64,000 nt of DNA, taken from positions 20,499-84,498 of the forward strand of contig CANRHX010000001.1 in the NCBI GenBank assembly GCA_947630545.1, written 5' to 3'. This document shows, piece after piece, positions 30,316 to 41,178 of this stretch; the first letter of the stretch is position 1; each line of letters starts with the position of its first letter. The notes under the pieces were generated by a model that was given only the letters and a program-made list of their open reading frames with translations, did no database searches and was not told the DNA's origin. Source of the stretch: an uncultured Clostridia bacterium (GTDB taxonomy: Bacteria > Bacillota > Clostridia > TANB77 > CAG-508). Position numbers and translations under genes: made by a program.

Positions 30316-33300
30316 AAATATTGCATTTTCATTAATTGCATTTATATTATTAATAAGTATATTAGTAAGTACAAATATTGCAAAATCAATTGATGATGCA
30401 GAAACAGTTAATGATGTTATTGATTGCACAAGAAATTCATCATGGTATGATTTTGACCCTAGTGATGTAGTTAACAAAAAAATAGTATCTGGAAGAGATA
30501 TAAGTTTTAGCAAAGCTGGAGGATATTGTGTTGACCCCCATCAAAGAGCATATAAAGGAACATACAAAGTTGTAAATGTAATAGATGTAAACAATAATAC
30601 TTCAGGAAATTCCATAAGAGTATATGGTATAAATAAAAATGGAAAAACAACAAATAAAGAATATTCATTCTCAAATGAAAATGTAAAACCAATACTAATG
30701 TTAGCTTATTTAGCAAAAAAAGGAAACAATGAAACTAGTGTATCTACTGATCCTGCAGTTTACATGAAAAATTCATATAAAGCAGCAATGCCAGGAGTAT
30801 TCTTAAAAGAAACTTATCTAAAACAAATGATTAAAGTAGGATTGTCAGATTATTTAATACCATCAACATATTCTGCATATGATGAAGGAGCATGGGAGAA
30901 ATTAGCAGAAGCTCAAAAAGAAGCGACAAAATTAGCTAAACAAGGAAGTAAAGAAACAGCTGCTATGAGTGATAAAACAGACAAAGATAATGTAAGCTCA
31001 TTTACATCAGATGATGGAAAATTCTTCATAGGACCATATAAATTAGGATTAACAGGAGAATGTAAAATTGGAGAAATAAAAATAAATGGTAGCATAGATG
31101 CTGTTGGAATATCAACAGATGGAAAAAGTGTAGAAGATTTTGACAAAGTAGTAGATGAAAAAGAATTTTACATAGTATTGGACAAAGAAATAGATGACAT
31201 AAAATCTATAAAAATTACAGCTAAAGAAAGTATTAGTTCAGTAAAAGCTAGATTATTAATGGTAAGTGGTGGACTTAGCCAAAACTTCTTCATATATAGG
31301 GCAGAAGATAAACCACAAAAACCATCAATCGATTTAGAAGTACCAAAATTTGGTAAACTTGAAATTAAGAAAACAGACCAATTTAAAGATGCTGATGTAA
31401 GTTTAAAAGATATAGGATTTGTGGTATGGAGCGAAAGTAAAAAAGCATATATAAATGTAAATAATGGAAAAATATCATACGTTGATTTCGAAACAGCTAA
31501 GAAAGACGAAAACGAATTTAAAACAGATAAAAACGGAGTAGTACCAACAATAGATAATTTACCACTTGGAAAATATAAAATATATGAAACATCTATACCA
31601 TCACAATTACAAGATTACTATGAATTAAAAGAAATAACATTACCAGACAAAAACGGAAAAGAAGTAAAAGCCAATGCAAAAGTAGTAACTATAAAAAATG
31701 ATGCTGGTAAAACTCAAAGTTATGTACAAGTAAAATCAGGTCAGACAGCAACAGTAACAGCTATAAATTATAGAGACTTTAACACATTAATTCTAAAAAA
31801 GATAGAAGAAGATACAGGAGTACCTTTAAATGGAATAGAATTTAAATTATATAGTTTAATAGAAGGAAAAAAAGGATGGGTTCAAGTAGATAGCGAAAAC
31901 AGAGTTACAGGAGTAACAGACGACTTCGAACAAGCATCTCCATTTGTAACAGTAAACAATGGCGTTACACCAAAAATTTATAGAGTTCCTTTAGGAAAAT
32001 ATGCTGTATATGAAACAGACCTAGGTGAATATGAAGATATATATCAAGAATTAGAGCCAATAAGAATGGAAGGTGGTAACACTGGAGGAAAGGGATTATT
32101 CAAAGGAAATATAACTGTTGAAGCAAATAAAGAAAATGAATTTAGTGTTACAGTAGACAATAAACAAGTTTATACTTCATTAATTCTTAAAAAGATTGAC
32201 GAAGATACAGGATTACCTTTAAGTGGAATAGAATTTAAATTATATAGTAAAGTAGAAGGAAAAATTGGATGGGTTCAAGTAGATAGCCAAAATAAAGTTA
32301 CAGGAGTAACAGGCAAATTTGAAGAGGGATCTAAATTTGTAACAGGAGCCGATGGACTTACACCAAAAATTACAAAAATTCCTTTAGGAGAATATGATGT
32401 ATATGAAACAGGTTTAGGCGAATATGAAGATATATATCAAGAATTAGAGCCAATAATAATTGACGGCAGTGATACTGGAGGAAAGGGATTATTCAAAGGA
32501 ACTATAACTGTTGAACCAAATGAAGAACATGAATTTACTGCGACAGCAAAAAATAAACAAGTTTATATAAGCATATCAGGAAATGTTTGGGAAGAAGTAG
32601 CAGTAGGAAAAGACCAAAAAACAACTAATGGTTTATTAGACAGTAATGATAACATGATAAATGGTATAGAAGTAAAATTAATGGATAAAACAACTAACCA
32701 AGCTATTCAAACAACCAAAACATCAAATGGCGGAAAATATAAATTTGAAAAAGTTAAGATAGAAGAATTAGAAAATTACTATATCGAATTTACATATGAT
32801 GGTGTAACATATCAGAGTGTAATAACACCAAATGCTGATTCTACAACGCAAATAACTGATGAAAATACATCAAAAGCATCAGAAACAGCTGAAGCAAGAA
32901 AAGAGTTAAATAATGCATTTACAGAGTTAACAGGTGAAGGACAAAAATTACATTACAAAAAAGACATTACATTAACATATAGTAAAGAAAAAGATGGAGA
33001 CAATACAGTAGTAACTTCAAATAACATATGTGACAGAAATAAAGGTATAAATGCATCACAAAGAATTGTAAACTTAAGCAAATTAGGAGATTTTACAATA
33101 GAAGGTGATACAACAAGCGATTATTTATCTAGCAAGTACAAAGAATTAAAAGCAAGTAACGAAAAAGAAATAATTAGAGAAATAAAAAATGTTAACTTAG
33201 GATTATATGTAAGAGAACAACCAAACTTAGCTTTAGTAAAAGATGTAAGTACAGCAAATGTTTCTATAAATGGAAAAACATATGTATATAGTTATGAAAA

Positions 33301-35533
33301 AAGATTAGATCAAGATGCAATTCCAACAGCAGTCGGAGTAGTATTTGAAAGAAAGAACCCAATAGATGAAAGCTTAAAATACAAAATGCCAGTATACAGA
33401 GCAGATGCTGCATATGAAAATGAAGATAAATCTAAAGAGTTACAAGTATCAATTACTTATAAAGTTGGATTAGTAAATAACTCTAAATCACTATATGGAA
33501 AAGTAAATGCCTTAAATGAATACTATTCAAAAGAATTAGAATTCACAAAAATGTACACTTTAGAAAATAATAAAGAACAAGTACTAAGTAATAAGGCAAA
33601 TGAAAGTACAAGTGGAAACTATAAATCAGCTAAATTTGATAATTTAAACATTCAAGTAGAACCACAAACAACACAATATATTTATATACAATTTAAATTA
33701 CCAAAAGAAGGCTTCTATAATATGGCAAGCAAAGAGCTTGATACTACTAAAGACTTTAGAAACTATGCAGAAATTGCAAGTTACACAATATATTCAGATA
33801 AATTTGATAGCTTATATGCAGGATTTGACACAAATTCAATACCAAACAATTTAGACATTAATAAAGAAGCAGAAACAATGGAAGATGATTCAGACAAAGC
33901 ACCAGGATTACAGGTTGTAGATGCTGGAGAAAGAACATTAAATGGTATGGTATTTGAAGACAGTGACAAAGATAAAAATGATCAACAAAGAATAGGCGAT
34001 GGAAAATATGCAGATGGTGAAAACAAAATAGCCAATGTAAAAGTAAGATTATTAGATAGCAATGGTACTGAAGTAAAAGTATATAATTCAGAGAAAAAAG
34101 AATTCATTGATCAAAGTAGCAAATCAAATGAAAATGGTGAATATACAATCTCTGGTTTCATACCTGGAGACTACACAGTTCAATATACTTGGGGTGAAGG
34201 CGAAGGTACAGTAGTAAAAAACGGAAAAGATACAGCCATTACAGTAGATTCATACAAATCTACAATATGGACAGATGAAAGCAAAAAAGAAAAAGAATCC
34301 AAAACATGGTATTTACAAAATGACCCAAGATATTCAGATGCATTAGATAATTATGATATTAGATTAGAATTAGATAAAAATAATGCTGACCTATTAAATG
34401 TATTAAGTCAACAAGTATCAGATGTAAATGGAGTATCAAATAAAGCAACAATGAAATCAGATACTAAAGGAATAGAAGTAGGAATTGAATTAAAAGACTA
34501 TGAAGAAGTTTTAGTAAACGATGCACCTGTATATAAATTTAACATTAAAAATATAGATTTAGGTCTAATTGAAAGACCAAGACAAAATATGGAAATATCA
34601 AAATCTGTAGAATCATTAAGATTAGTAACAGATGCAAACCAAGTTATATTAGAAGCTAAAGTAAATGATGAAGGCAAATTAGAAGTTCAAGCAGGTTCTG
34701 TAACTGGTGGACCAAGTTATGGATATATAAGAGGAGAGACAGATAGTGACCTTATCGATAGTGGAACTTCTGCAATAGTTGGATACAAAATAACTGTAAA
34801 GAATACTAGTGAGAAAGACTATGCTTCTAAAGACTACTACTTATATGGAAAAGTAGACGAAAGCAAAGCAATTGCATTAAAAGCAACAGCAATATATGAT
34901 TACTTAAAAGGATTAAATGCAGACGTAGAAGCAAATATAAACTGGAAAGTATTAGAACATGAATCTGATGAAACAAAAGTACCAACAGTATCAGAAAAAA
35001 CAGCTACAATGATAGCTCAAAACGATTCAAGCAGTAGTTGGTATTCATACTCATACAAAAATGATAAGGGAGAAACAGTTAACGGTGTTGTAAAAGAAGT
35101 TGCTGGTAGTGAAACAAAAGAGACACTTAAAGAATACGTAGAAGAAATGCAAGAATCAACAGAAGTAACATTTAAAAATTTAATAACTGAAAACAGAGTA
35201 GTGTCAAAATTTGAAGAAAATGGAAAACCAGAAATTGAATTAAAAGCAGGAGAAGAAAAAGTAATTAAATTCTCTGGAAAACAACTATTATCAACTACTA
35301 ACGATATAAGATTTGACAATGATGTAGAAATAGAAAATGTAATTAGAAAAGGAGAAACAGGAAGAAGCGTTATTGTTGAATATAGTAAATTCTATAACAA
35401 ATCAGAATGGATAACTATTACACCACCTACTGGAGAAGATAAAGATTATACAGCTATAATAATTATATCAGTTGCAGCAGTTGCAATTTTAGGAGCAGGT
35501 ATAGTATTCATTAAGAAAAAAGTTTTAAAATAA
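30287..35533 (+). CDS. giant cell-wall-anchored surface protein B (tandem SpaA/Cna-B-like domains, TPPTG sorting signal)
   Basis: 1748 aa. Its start overlaps the end of A by 29 nt, with RBS AAGGGGG. It has a signal peptide. There is an internal 116-aa tandem duplication ('ILKKIEEDTGVPLNGIEFKLYS...'). SdrD-B-like modules are 'SGNVWEEVAVGKDQKTTNG..' and 'NGMVFEDSDKDKND..'. The C-terminus is 'TPPTG' plus a TM plus 'KKKVLK'. Confidence 0.8.
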   Translation: MQKKSIKLIRNIAFSLIAFILLISILVSTNIAKSIDDAETVNDVIDCTRNSSWYDFDPSDVVNKKIVSGRDISFSKAGGYCVDPHQRAYKGTYKVVNVIDVNNNTSGNSIRVYGINKNGKTTNKEYSFSNENVKPILMLAYLAKKGNNETSVSTDPAVYMKNSYKAAMPGVFLKETYLKQMIKVGLSDYLIPSTYSAYDEGAWEKLAEAQKEATKLAKQGSKETAAMSDKTDKDNVSSFTSDDGKFFIGPYKLGLTGECKIGEIKINGSIDAVGISTDGKSVEDFDKVVDEKEFYIVLDKEIDDIKSIKITAKESISSVKARLLMVSGGLSQNFFIYRAEDKPQKPSIDLEVPKFGKLEIKKTDQFKDADVSLKDIGFVVWSESKKAYINVNNGKISYVDFETAKKDENEFKTDKNGVVPTIDNLPLGKYKIYETSIPSQLQDYYELKEITLPDKNGKEVKANAKVVTIKNDAGKTQSYVQVKSGQTATVTAINYRDFNTLILKKIEEDTGVPLNGIEFKLYSLIEGKKGWVQVDSENRVTGVTDDFEQASPFVTVNNGVTPKIYRVPLGKYAVYETDLGEYEDIYQELEPIRMEGGNTGGKGLFKGNITVEANKENEFSVTVDNKQVYTSLILKKIDEDTGLPLSGIEFKLYSKVEGKIGWVQVDSQNKVTGVTGKFEEGSKFVTGADGLTPKITKIPLGEYDVYETGLGEYEDIYQELEPIIIDGSDTGGKGLFKGTITVEPNEEHEFTATAKNKQVYISISGNVWEEVAVGKDQKTTNGLLDSNDNMINGIEVKLMDKTTNQAIQTTKTSNGGKYKFEKVKIEELENYYIEFTYDGVTYQSVITPNADSTTQITDENTSKASETAEARKELNNAFTELTGEGQKLHYKKDITLTYSKEKDGDNTVVTSNNICDRNKGINASQRIVNLSKLGDFTIEGDTTSDYLSSKYKELKASNEKEIIREIKNVNLGLYVREQPNLALVKDVSTANVSINGKTYVYSYEKRLDQDAIPTAVGVVFERKNPIDESLKYKMPVYRADAAYENEDKSKELQVSITYKVGLVNNSKSLYGKVNALNEYYSKELEFTKMYTLENNKEQVLSNKANESTSGNYKSAKFDNLNIQVEPQTTQYIYIQFKLPKEGFYNMASKELDTTKDFRNYAEIASYTIYSDKFDSLYAGFDTNSIPNNLDINKEAETMEDDSDKAPGLQVVDAGERTLNGMVFEDSDKDKNDQQRIGDGKYADGENKIANVKVRLLDSNGTEVKVYNSEKKEFIDQSSKSNENGEYTISGFIPGDYTVQYTWGEGEGTVVKNGKDTAITVDSYKSTIWTDESKKEKESKTWYLQNDPRYSDALDNYDIRLELDKNNADLLNVLSQQVSDVNGVSNKATMKSDTKGIEVGIELKDYEEVLVNDAPVYKFNIKNIDLGLIERPRQNMEISKSVESLRLVTDANQVILEAKVNDEGKLEVQAGSVTGGPSYGYIRGETDSDLIDSGTSAIVGYKITVKNTSEKDYASKDYYLYGKVDESKAIALKATAIYDYLKGLNADVEANINWKVLEHESDETKVPTVSEKTATMIAQNDSSSSWYSYSYKNDKGETVNGVVKEVAGSETKETLKEYVEEMQESTEVTFKNLITENRVVSKFEENGKPEIELKAGEEKVIKFSGKQLLSTTNDIRFDNDVEIENVIRKGETGRSVIVEYSKFYNKSEWITITPPTGEDKDYTAIIIISVAAVAILGAGIVFIKKKVLK

Positions 35534-35548
35534 TATAACTTTTTGAAA

Positions 35549-35580
35549 AACAAGTAGATTTAAAAATCTACTTGTTTTTT
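35549..35580 (+). terminator. rho-independent terminator after adhesin gene B
   Basis: The stem acaagtagattt/aaatctacttgt has a 4-nt loop and is followed by TTTTTTT. Confidence 0.6.
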
Positions 35581-35581
35581 T

Positions 35582-35644
35582 GTGTCACTGGTTCCGGGTT
35601 TGGTTGACACATTTTGTGTCAAAGATTCCAGGTTTGGATTAGTC
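35582..35644. repeat. REP-like palindromic repeat, 2 units (second degenerate), orientation A
   Basis: gtgtcactggttccgggtttggttgacac and gtgtcaaagattccaggtttggattagtc. Confidence 0.75.
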
Positions 35645-35921
35645 ATATATTGCAAAAAGCTAGGGAAATAGCTAGTTTGCAATTTAATGAAAATATTTTT
35701 AATTGAAAAAAATTATATGATATGAAAATGTAATAAAAATTTAATTTAAGCACAGCAAAAAAACCCGAAAACTATTTCCGTAGTAGCTTTAGAGTTAATT
35801 CATGTAATATTAGAAGAATAGCTCAAATAAGCTTATTGACTAAAAAAAACAAAAATATTAATATAAAATTAAGTTGTAATGTGTAAAAAGCAACTTAACA
35901 ATAAACTTTAGGAGGCATGAA

Positions 35922-38900
35922 ATGAAAGAAAATCGTATGAAAAAATTTAAAACAATCTCTATAGCCATTTTGTTTATCGCAATATTAGGTTATGTGCTAG
36001 TAACTACTGTTATTGCAGCATTTACTGCCAAAGTGGATACTAGTAAAGTCAAAAATGTAACAAGTATAGGCTTAGAGAAGTATGTAAACTATAACTTAGA
36101 TGGGCAAAAAGGAAGTCTATTGAAATTAGACATACAAAATGCAATTGAATATGAAGAAGGAGAAGATTATGTTCCAATAGCTGCTACTGGAATATTAATA
36201 AATGTGCCTAAAATTAATGATAAATTCCCTGAAAGTGCTCAAATAATAGAAAAAAGTACAGAATTAACTAATGGAGATCCAGAAGGAAAAAATGTAAGAT
36301 ATTCATATGACTCAAGTACAGGAAAACTTTTGATTGCGATTTTAAATACAGAAGATGCCGAAGGAAATATATACAAAGACTACAAAGCAAACGCTAAAGA
36401 TAAAATAAGTGTTATCCTAGATTATGATGAAAATTGTTATACAGAAGAAGCATTAAAAAGAGAATTAAATATTACAGGAATGCTACAAACAATATTAGCA
36501 TCAGAACAAGAGGCAAAAATTCAAAACACAATAGATAAAAAGATAGAACTTGAAAAAGATGTTTCAAATGTAATTTCTAGCAATGTACAAATAGGCGAAA
36601 TATACAATGGATTTATAAAATTAAATGCTGAAAATGACACAAATTATAGAACAAATTATAATGAAAATGTGGAAATAGATATAAGCAAAAAAGACATAGC
36701 AGATGAAACTAAAGTTGAAATAAAAAGCAATTTTGTAAAAGATGACGAAAAAATAGATACAGATGAAATGATATATACTTCAAGTATAATTAACAAAAAT
36801 AAAGTTTTAGATATTTTAGGAGAAAATGGAAACTTAAAAATATTAAATGAAAATAATGAAATTATAGGAGAAATAAATAAAGAAACAGAAACAGATGAAA
36901 GTGGAAACTACGAAATAAAATATGACAAAAAAGTATCAAAACTATTTGTTGTATTTAGTAAACCACAAAAAGTAGGAACAATAAAAATAAATAATATTAA
37001 ACAAATAACAGAAAAAGTTAAAGATGCAGAATTTAATAAAATTCAAACTACTAGTAAAATAACAAGTATTAATAACGTAAAAGTAGAAAATATAAACCAA
37101 GACAATGAAACAGCAAAGACAGAAGGAACACAAGATACACAAACAACAAATACAGTAGAACCAAAAGAAATTTATAATTTTGAACAAACAAACGAAATTG
37201 ATATAAAAGATTCAAAAACAGCAGTAAAATTAACTATAAACAAAGCTAATTGGACAAATGAAAGACAAAATGAAATTGAATTTAACGTAAAATTATTAGC
37301 GAGCGAAAGCAAACATAACTTATTTAAAAATCCAACAGTAGCAATTAAATTACCAGATGAAGTCCAGAAAGTAATTTTTGATGATACAATATTTACTTAT
37401 GGAAATGGATTAACTTTAGTTCAAACAAAATATGACGAAAAAAATAAAATAATAAAATTAGTATTTAAAGGAGAACAAAAAGAATATTTATCAAAAGATA
37501 TAGCAGAAGGAACAGAAATAACGATTCCAGCAACAATTATATTAAATCAAGAATTTGAAAGTAAAAATACAAAAATTGCCGTAGCATATTCAAATTCAGC
37601 AACCAAAGAAAAAGGAAGCTTTGGAGTAGACATTTCTCTAGAAAACTTTAAAAAAGAGACAACTAATATTGAATCAAATAAATCTATAAAGATATTTAAC
37701 ACAGAAAAACAATTATCAAGTGAAGCACAAACTGAAAATGTTACAGTTGATGGAATTAAAATGGAAGTTACACCTGCAAGAGGCAACGTTACTCTAAATA
37801 ATGGAGATACAGTTTATGAAGGAGAATTTATAAAATATAATGTTAAATTGACAAATACTACAGAGAGTGCAATTGATAATGTTAAAGTTGTAGCTGCTAT
37901 TCCAGAAGGAACAACTTATGCACAATATGTAGGAAATTTTAACAAATATGATGTAGAGAGTAATTATAATTTTGATGAAAAACAAAAAAATAAAGAAATT
38001 GCCATAGGAACATTAGAAGCTGGAAAGAGCATAAATACATATTATGAAGTTAAGATAAATAATTTAGAAGAAGGTCAAGCAGAAAAACAAATTCGAACAG
38101 ATATTAATGCATATGTTGCAGATAATTTAGCAGCAAAATATAATATAACACATAAAATTGAAAAAGCAGAATATGAAATATTGGCAACAGGAACTAGAAG
38201 AGGAATTAAGGGCTTTAACATCTTTTTAAATATACAAAGTAAAAATGGCAAAAGCGAGAATGTAACATTAAAATGGGATTTAGCAAAGGAACTAAAATTT
38301 TATAGTATAAATAATACTATTACACATAAAATTATAAGAGAAGGTGGAGATTCTAACGAGATAACATTACAGCCAGGAGAATATTTTATATATGCAGAAT
38401 TTAATAAAGAAACGACTCTAAAGACAAGTGATAATGATTATGAAGATTTATTTAATAATTTTACAATTAACAACAAATATAGATCAAATGAGCTATTAAC
38501 TACATTTTACTATCCAAGTGTCTCAATAAAAATGAGTTCCGATACAGAAGGAGAAAAAATAAAATATGGTGAAGAAATTAATTATAAAATAGAAGTAAAA
38601 AATACCTCTAAAATTGATTCAAGCATATTTTCAGCTGGAACGGTTTTTGAAAAAAATTGTATCGAAATAGAATTACGAGACTATTTACCACAAGATGTTG
38701 AGCCAATATCAATGGAATATAATGAATTTGCTTATGAAAACATAGATAATGATGAAGATTTCTATGATAAGGAAAAATTTTTTAAATATACAGAAACACA
38801 AAAAAGTAAAAATATTGAAAACGCAATATATTTGGAAGATGGAACACAAGAGGCAAATGTAAATTTACATCTTGTAGTACCTTATGGAAAAACAGTAACA

Positions 38901-40823
38901 GTAAATGCAAAAGTTAAAGCAGGTCAGGTATTTAATGAAACAAAAATAAACAATATAGCAACCTTATATAAAACTATATATGGAGAGACAGATGATGTTA
39001 TAGGTTATAATAAATTTTTGGATTCAAACACAGTATCACATATCATAAGACCATATGACTATATAGAGGAGGTAGAAGGAAACAAATATACAGTATCAGG
39101 ATTAGCATGGGAAGATGAAAATGAAGATGGTCAAAGGCAAGAAAATGAAAAATTATTATCAGGAATTGAAGTATTATTATTGAATTCAAAAGGAGAAATA
39201 GCTGATAAAATTGAAACTGATAATAATGGAAAATATGTATTTGAAAATGTTAAAACTGATGACTACATAGTTATATTTAAGTATAACACCAAAAAATATA
39301 AATTGACTCAATATAAAAAAACAAATGTTAGTGATGATTTGAATTCAGATGTTACAGAGAATGCTAGAAAGTTAGATAGTAGTGAAAGTGTAATATGTGG
39401 AGAAACAGATATATTTTATTTAAATGCAGATATTTCAAATATGGATATAGGATTAATAGATTTGAATATAGAAGAACCAGAAGAACCAGATAATCCAGAG
39501 AACCCAAGCAATCCAGATAATCCAGATAATCCAAGTAATCCAGATAACCCAGATGACCCAAGTAACCCAAGTAACCCAAGTAACCCAAATAATCCAAATG
39601 ACCCAAGCAACCCAAGCAATCCAAGCAATCCAAGTAATCCAAGTAATCCAAATGACCCAAGTAACCCAGATAATCCAAATAATACAAACAATTCGGAAAA
39701 TTCAACTACACAAACAATATCAGGATTAGCATGGAAAGATGCAAACGAAGATGGTCAAAGGCAAGATAATGAAACACTATTATCAGGAATTGAGACATTA
39801 TTAATAAATTCAAATGGTAAAACTGTAAATAAAACAAAAACTAATAATAATGGGGCATATACTTTTGGAAATATAAATACAGGAAATTATATTGTAGTAT
39901 TTAAATATGATACAAACAAATATAGATTAACAGAATACAAAAAATCAGGAATTATTAGTGATTTAAATTCTGATGCAATAAAAAGTACTAGAGAAATAGA
40001 TGGAGAAACAATAACTTGTGCAGTAACAGATCTAATAAGAGTAAATTCAAATATTTCAAATATAGATATAGGACTAATTGAAAATAAAAATTTTAATCTT
40101 AAGGTTAATAGTTATATTTCTAATGTAAGTGTAAAAACTGAAAGTGGAGAAAAGAAAAATTCATATAATGATTCTAATATTGCAAAAGCAGAAATAAGAT
40201 CAAAAGAAATTGATGGAGCAACAGTTACTGCAACATACAAAATTGTAATTACAAATGATGGAGAACTAGCTGGAACAGTAGGAAAAGTAGTAAGTAAATT
40301 ACCATCAGGGTTTACTTTGGCACAAGAATCTAAAGGTTCATGGAGTAAAGATTCAGACGGAAGATTTGTAAATACTAGTTTAGCAACTAGAAAAATAGGT
40401 GCTGGAAAGAGTGTAGAATTAATATTAAAAGTAAAAAAACAGACAAACTCAGAAAGTGTAGGAACCTTTACAAATACAATAACAATAGAAAATATAAAAA
40501 ATGAATCAAACATAGCAGATAATAATGAAAGTGATAATACTTCAAGTACTGATTTAATTATTTCTATAAGCACAGGATTAATAATATATATATCTATAGC
40601 AGTAATAGCAATTATACTAACTATAATACTATTTATATTAGGTAAAAAAAGAAAAATTTTTAAAGGAATAAAAATTTTCGGAATAGTTATTATATTATTA
40701 ATTCTTGGAATAAATAACTCAAATGCATATGACTATGAGGAAGACTTCTTTCAAGTAGGCGATAAGATTTATGTAACATGGCCACGGAGGAGCAGGGGCT
40801 ACTACGTTTACACATACAGTTAA
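35922..40823 (+). CDS. giant cell-wall-anchored surface protein C (DUF11 repeats, two Cna-B/SdrD-B domains, PxNPxN linker, SISTG sorting signal), read in-frame into the signal peptide of gene D
   Basis: 1633 aa with a signal peptide. The two Cna-B domains are 'SGLAWEDENEDGQRQENEKLLSGIEV' and 'SGLAWKDANEDGQRQDNETLLSGIET'. Between them is a proline-rich linker 'NPSNPDNPDNPSNP...'. The sorting signal is 'SISTG' plus a TM plus 'KKRK', ending at 40655. There is no stop codon after it. The ORF continues 56 codons through a second signal-peptide-like segment to 40823. Confidence 0.75.
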   Translation: MKENRMKKFKTISIAILFIAILGYVLVTTVIAAFTAKVDTSKVKNVTSIGLEKYVNYNLDGQKGSLLKLDIQNAIEYEEGEDYVPIAATGILINVPKINDKFPESAQIIEKSTELTNGDPEGKNVRYSYDSSTGKLLIAILNTEDAEGNIYKDYKANAKDKISVILDYDENCYTEEALKRELNITGMLQTILASEQEAKIQNTIDKKIELEKDVSNVISSNVQIGEIYNGFIKLNAENDTNYRTNYNENVEIDISKKDIADETKVEIKSNFVKDDEKIDTDEMIYTSSIINKNKVLDILGENGNLKILNENNEIIGEINKETETDESGNYEIKYDKKVSKLFVVFSKPQKVGTIKINNIKQITEKVKDAEFNKIQTTSKITSINNVKVENINQDNETAKTEGTQDTQTTNTVEPKEIYNFEQTNEIDIKDSKTAVKLTINKANWTNERQNEIEFNVKLLASESKHNLFKNPTVAIKLPDEVQKVIFDDTIFTYGNGLTLVQTKYDEKNKIIKLVFKGEQKEYLSKDIAEGTEITIPATIILNQEFESKNTKIAVAYSNSATKEKGSFGVDISLENFKKETTNIESNKSIKIFNTEKQLSSEAQTENVTVDGIKMEVTPARGNVTLNNGDTVYEGEFIKYNVKLTNTTESAIDNVKVVAAIPEGTTYAQYVGNFNKYDVESNYNFDEKQKNKEIAIGTLEAGKSINTYYEVKINNLEEGQAEKQIRTDINAYVADNLAAKYNITHKIEKAEYEILATGTRRGIKGFNIFLNIQSKNGKSENVTLKWDLAKELKFYSINNTITHKIIREGGDSNEITLQPGEYFIYAEFNKETTLKTSDNDYEDLFNNFTINNKYRSNELLTTFYYPSVSIKMSSDTEGEKIKYGEEINYKIEVKNTSKIDSSIFSAGTVFEKNCIEIELRDYLPQDVEPISMEYNEFAYENIDNDEDFYDKEKFFKYTETQKSKNIENAIYLEDGTQEANVNLHLVVPYGKTVTVNAKVKAGQVFNETKINNIATLYKTIYGETDDVIGYNKFLDSNTVSHIIRPYDYIEEVEGNKYTVSGLAWEDENEDGQRQENEKLLSGIEVLLLNSKGEIADKIETDNNGKYVFENVKTDDYIVIFKYNTKKYKLTQYKKTNVSDDLNSDVTENARKLDSSESVICGETDIFYLNADISNMDIGLIDLNIEEPEEPDNPENPSNPDNPDNPSNPDNPDDPSNPSNPSNPNNPNDPSNPSNPSNPSNPSNPNDPSNPDNPNNTNNSENSTTQTISGLAWKDANEDGQRQDNETLLSGIETLLINSNGKTVNKTKTNNNGAYTFGNINTGNYIVVFKYDTNKYRLTEYKKSGIISDLNSDAIKSTREIDGETITCAVTDLIRVNSNISNIDIGLIENKNFNLKVNSYISNVSVKTESGEKKNSYNDSNIAKAEIRSKEIDGATVTATYKIVITNDGELAGTVGKVVSKLPSGFTLAQESKGSWSKDSDGRFVNTSLATRKIGAGKSVELILKVKKQTNSESVGTFTNTITIENIKNESNIADNNESDNTSSTDLIISISTGLIIYISIAVIAIILTIILFILGKKRKIFKGIKIFGIVIILLILGINNSNAYDYEEDFFQVGDKIYVTWPRRSRGYYVYTYS

Positions 40824-41178
40824 TGGAAATTCATATACATGGAAATGTCAAAACGAAGATATATGGGATAATGTGACCAACATTACAAAAACAGTTACAG
40901 AAGTTACAGGACCTTTTTACGTAGGACAAGCTTCAACAACAACAAGTGACGAATATAAATGGTATTTAGAGAAAGTTAACACAGATGCAGACGTAAAAAT
41001 AGTTGCTAAAAATGACAAATATATAATCGGACCTCTTGGAATACAAAATGTTGGAAAATATAAATGTGAAAATTTCTCTTTTGAAGTTATAGGTGATGGA
41101 GGAATAAGTGATACAGTTACAGAGGTTTGTAATGCAGATGGATCTAATCCACATCAAGATAATGGTCAATCACGGTAA
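40656..41178 (+). other. N-terminal region of adhesin gene D, split across three reading frames
   Basis: The signal-peptide-like segment 'IFGIVIILLILGINNSNA|YDYEEDFF...' is in the frame of gene C. The next part is in frame +1 (the 40873-41178 ORF, plus 33 upstream codons). The rest is in the frame of the main D ORF from about 41170. This implies two indels, or pseudogenisation of the N-terminus of D. Confidence 0.5.

Noticed and set aside
30300-30560. Considered a possible thioester domain (TED) in adhesin B from the 'YCVDPHQ' motif.
   Set aside because: No partner TQxA(I/V)W motif could be found downstream, so a thioester domain is not supported from sequence alone.
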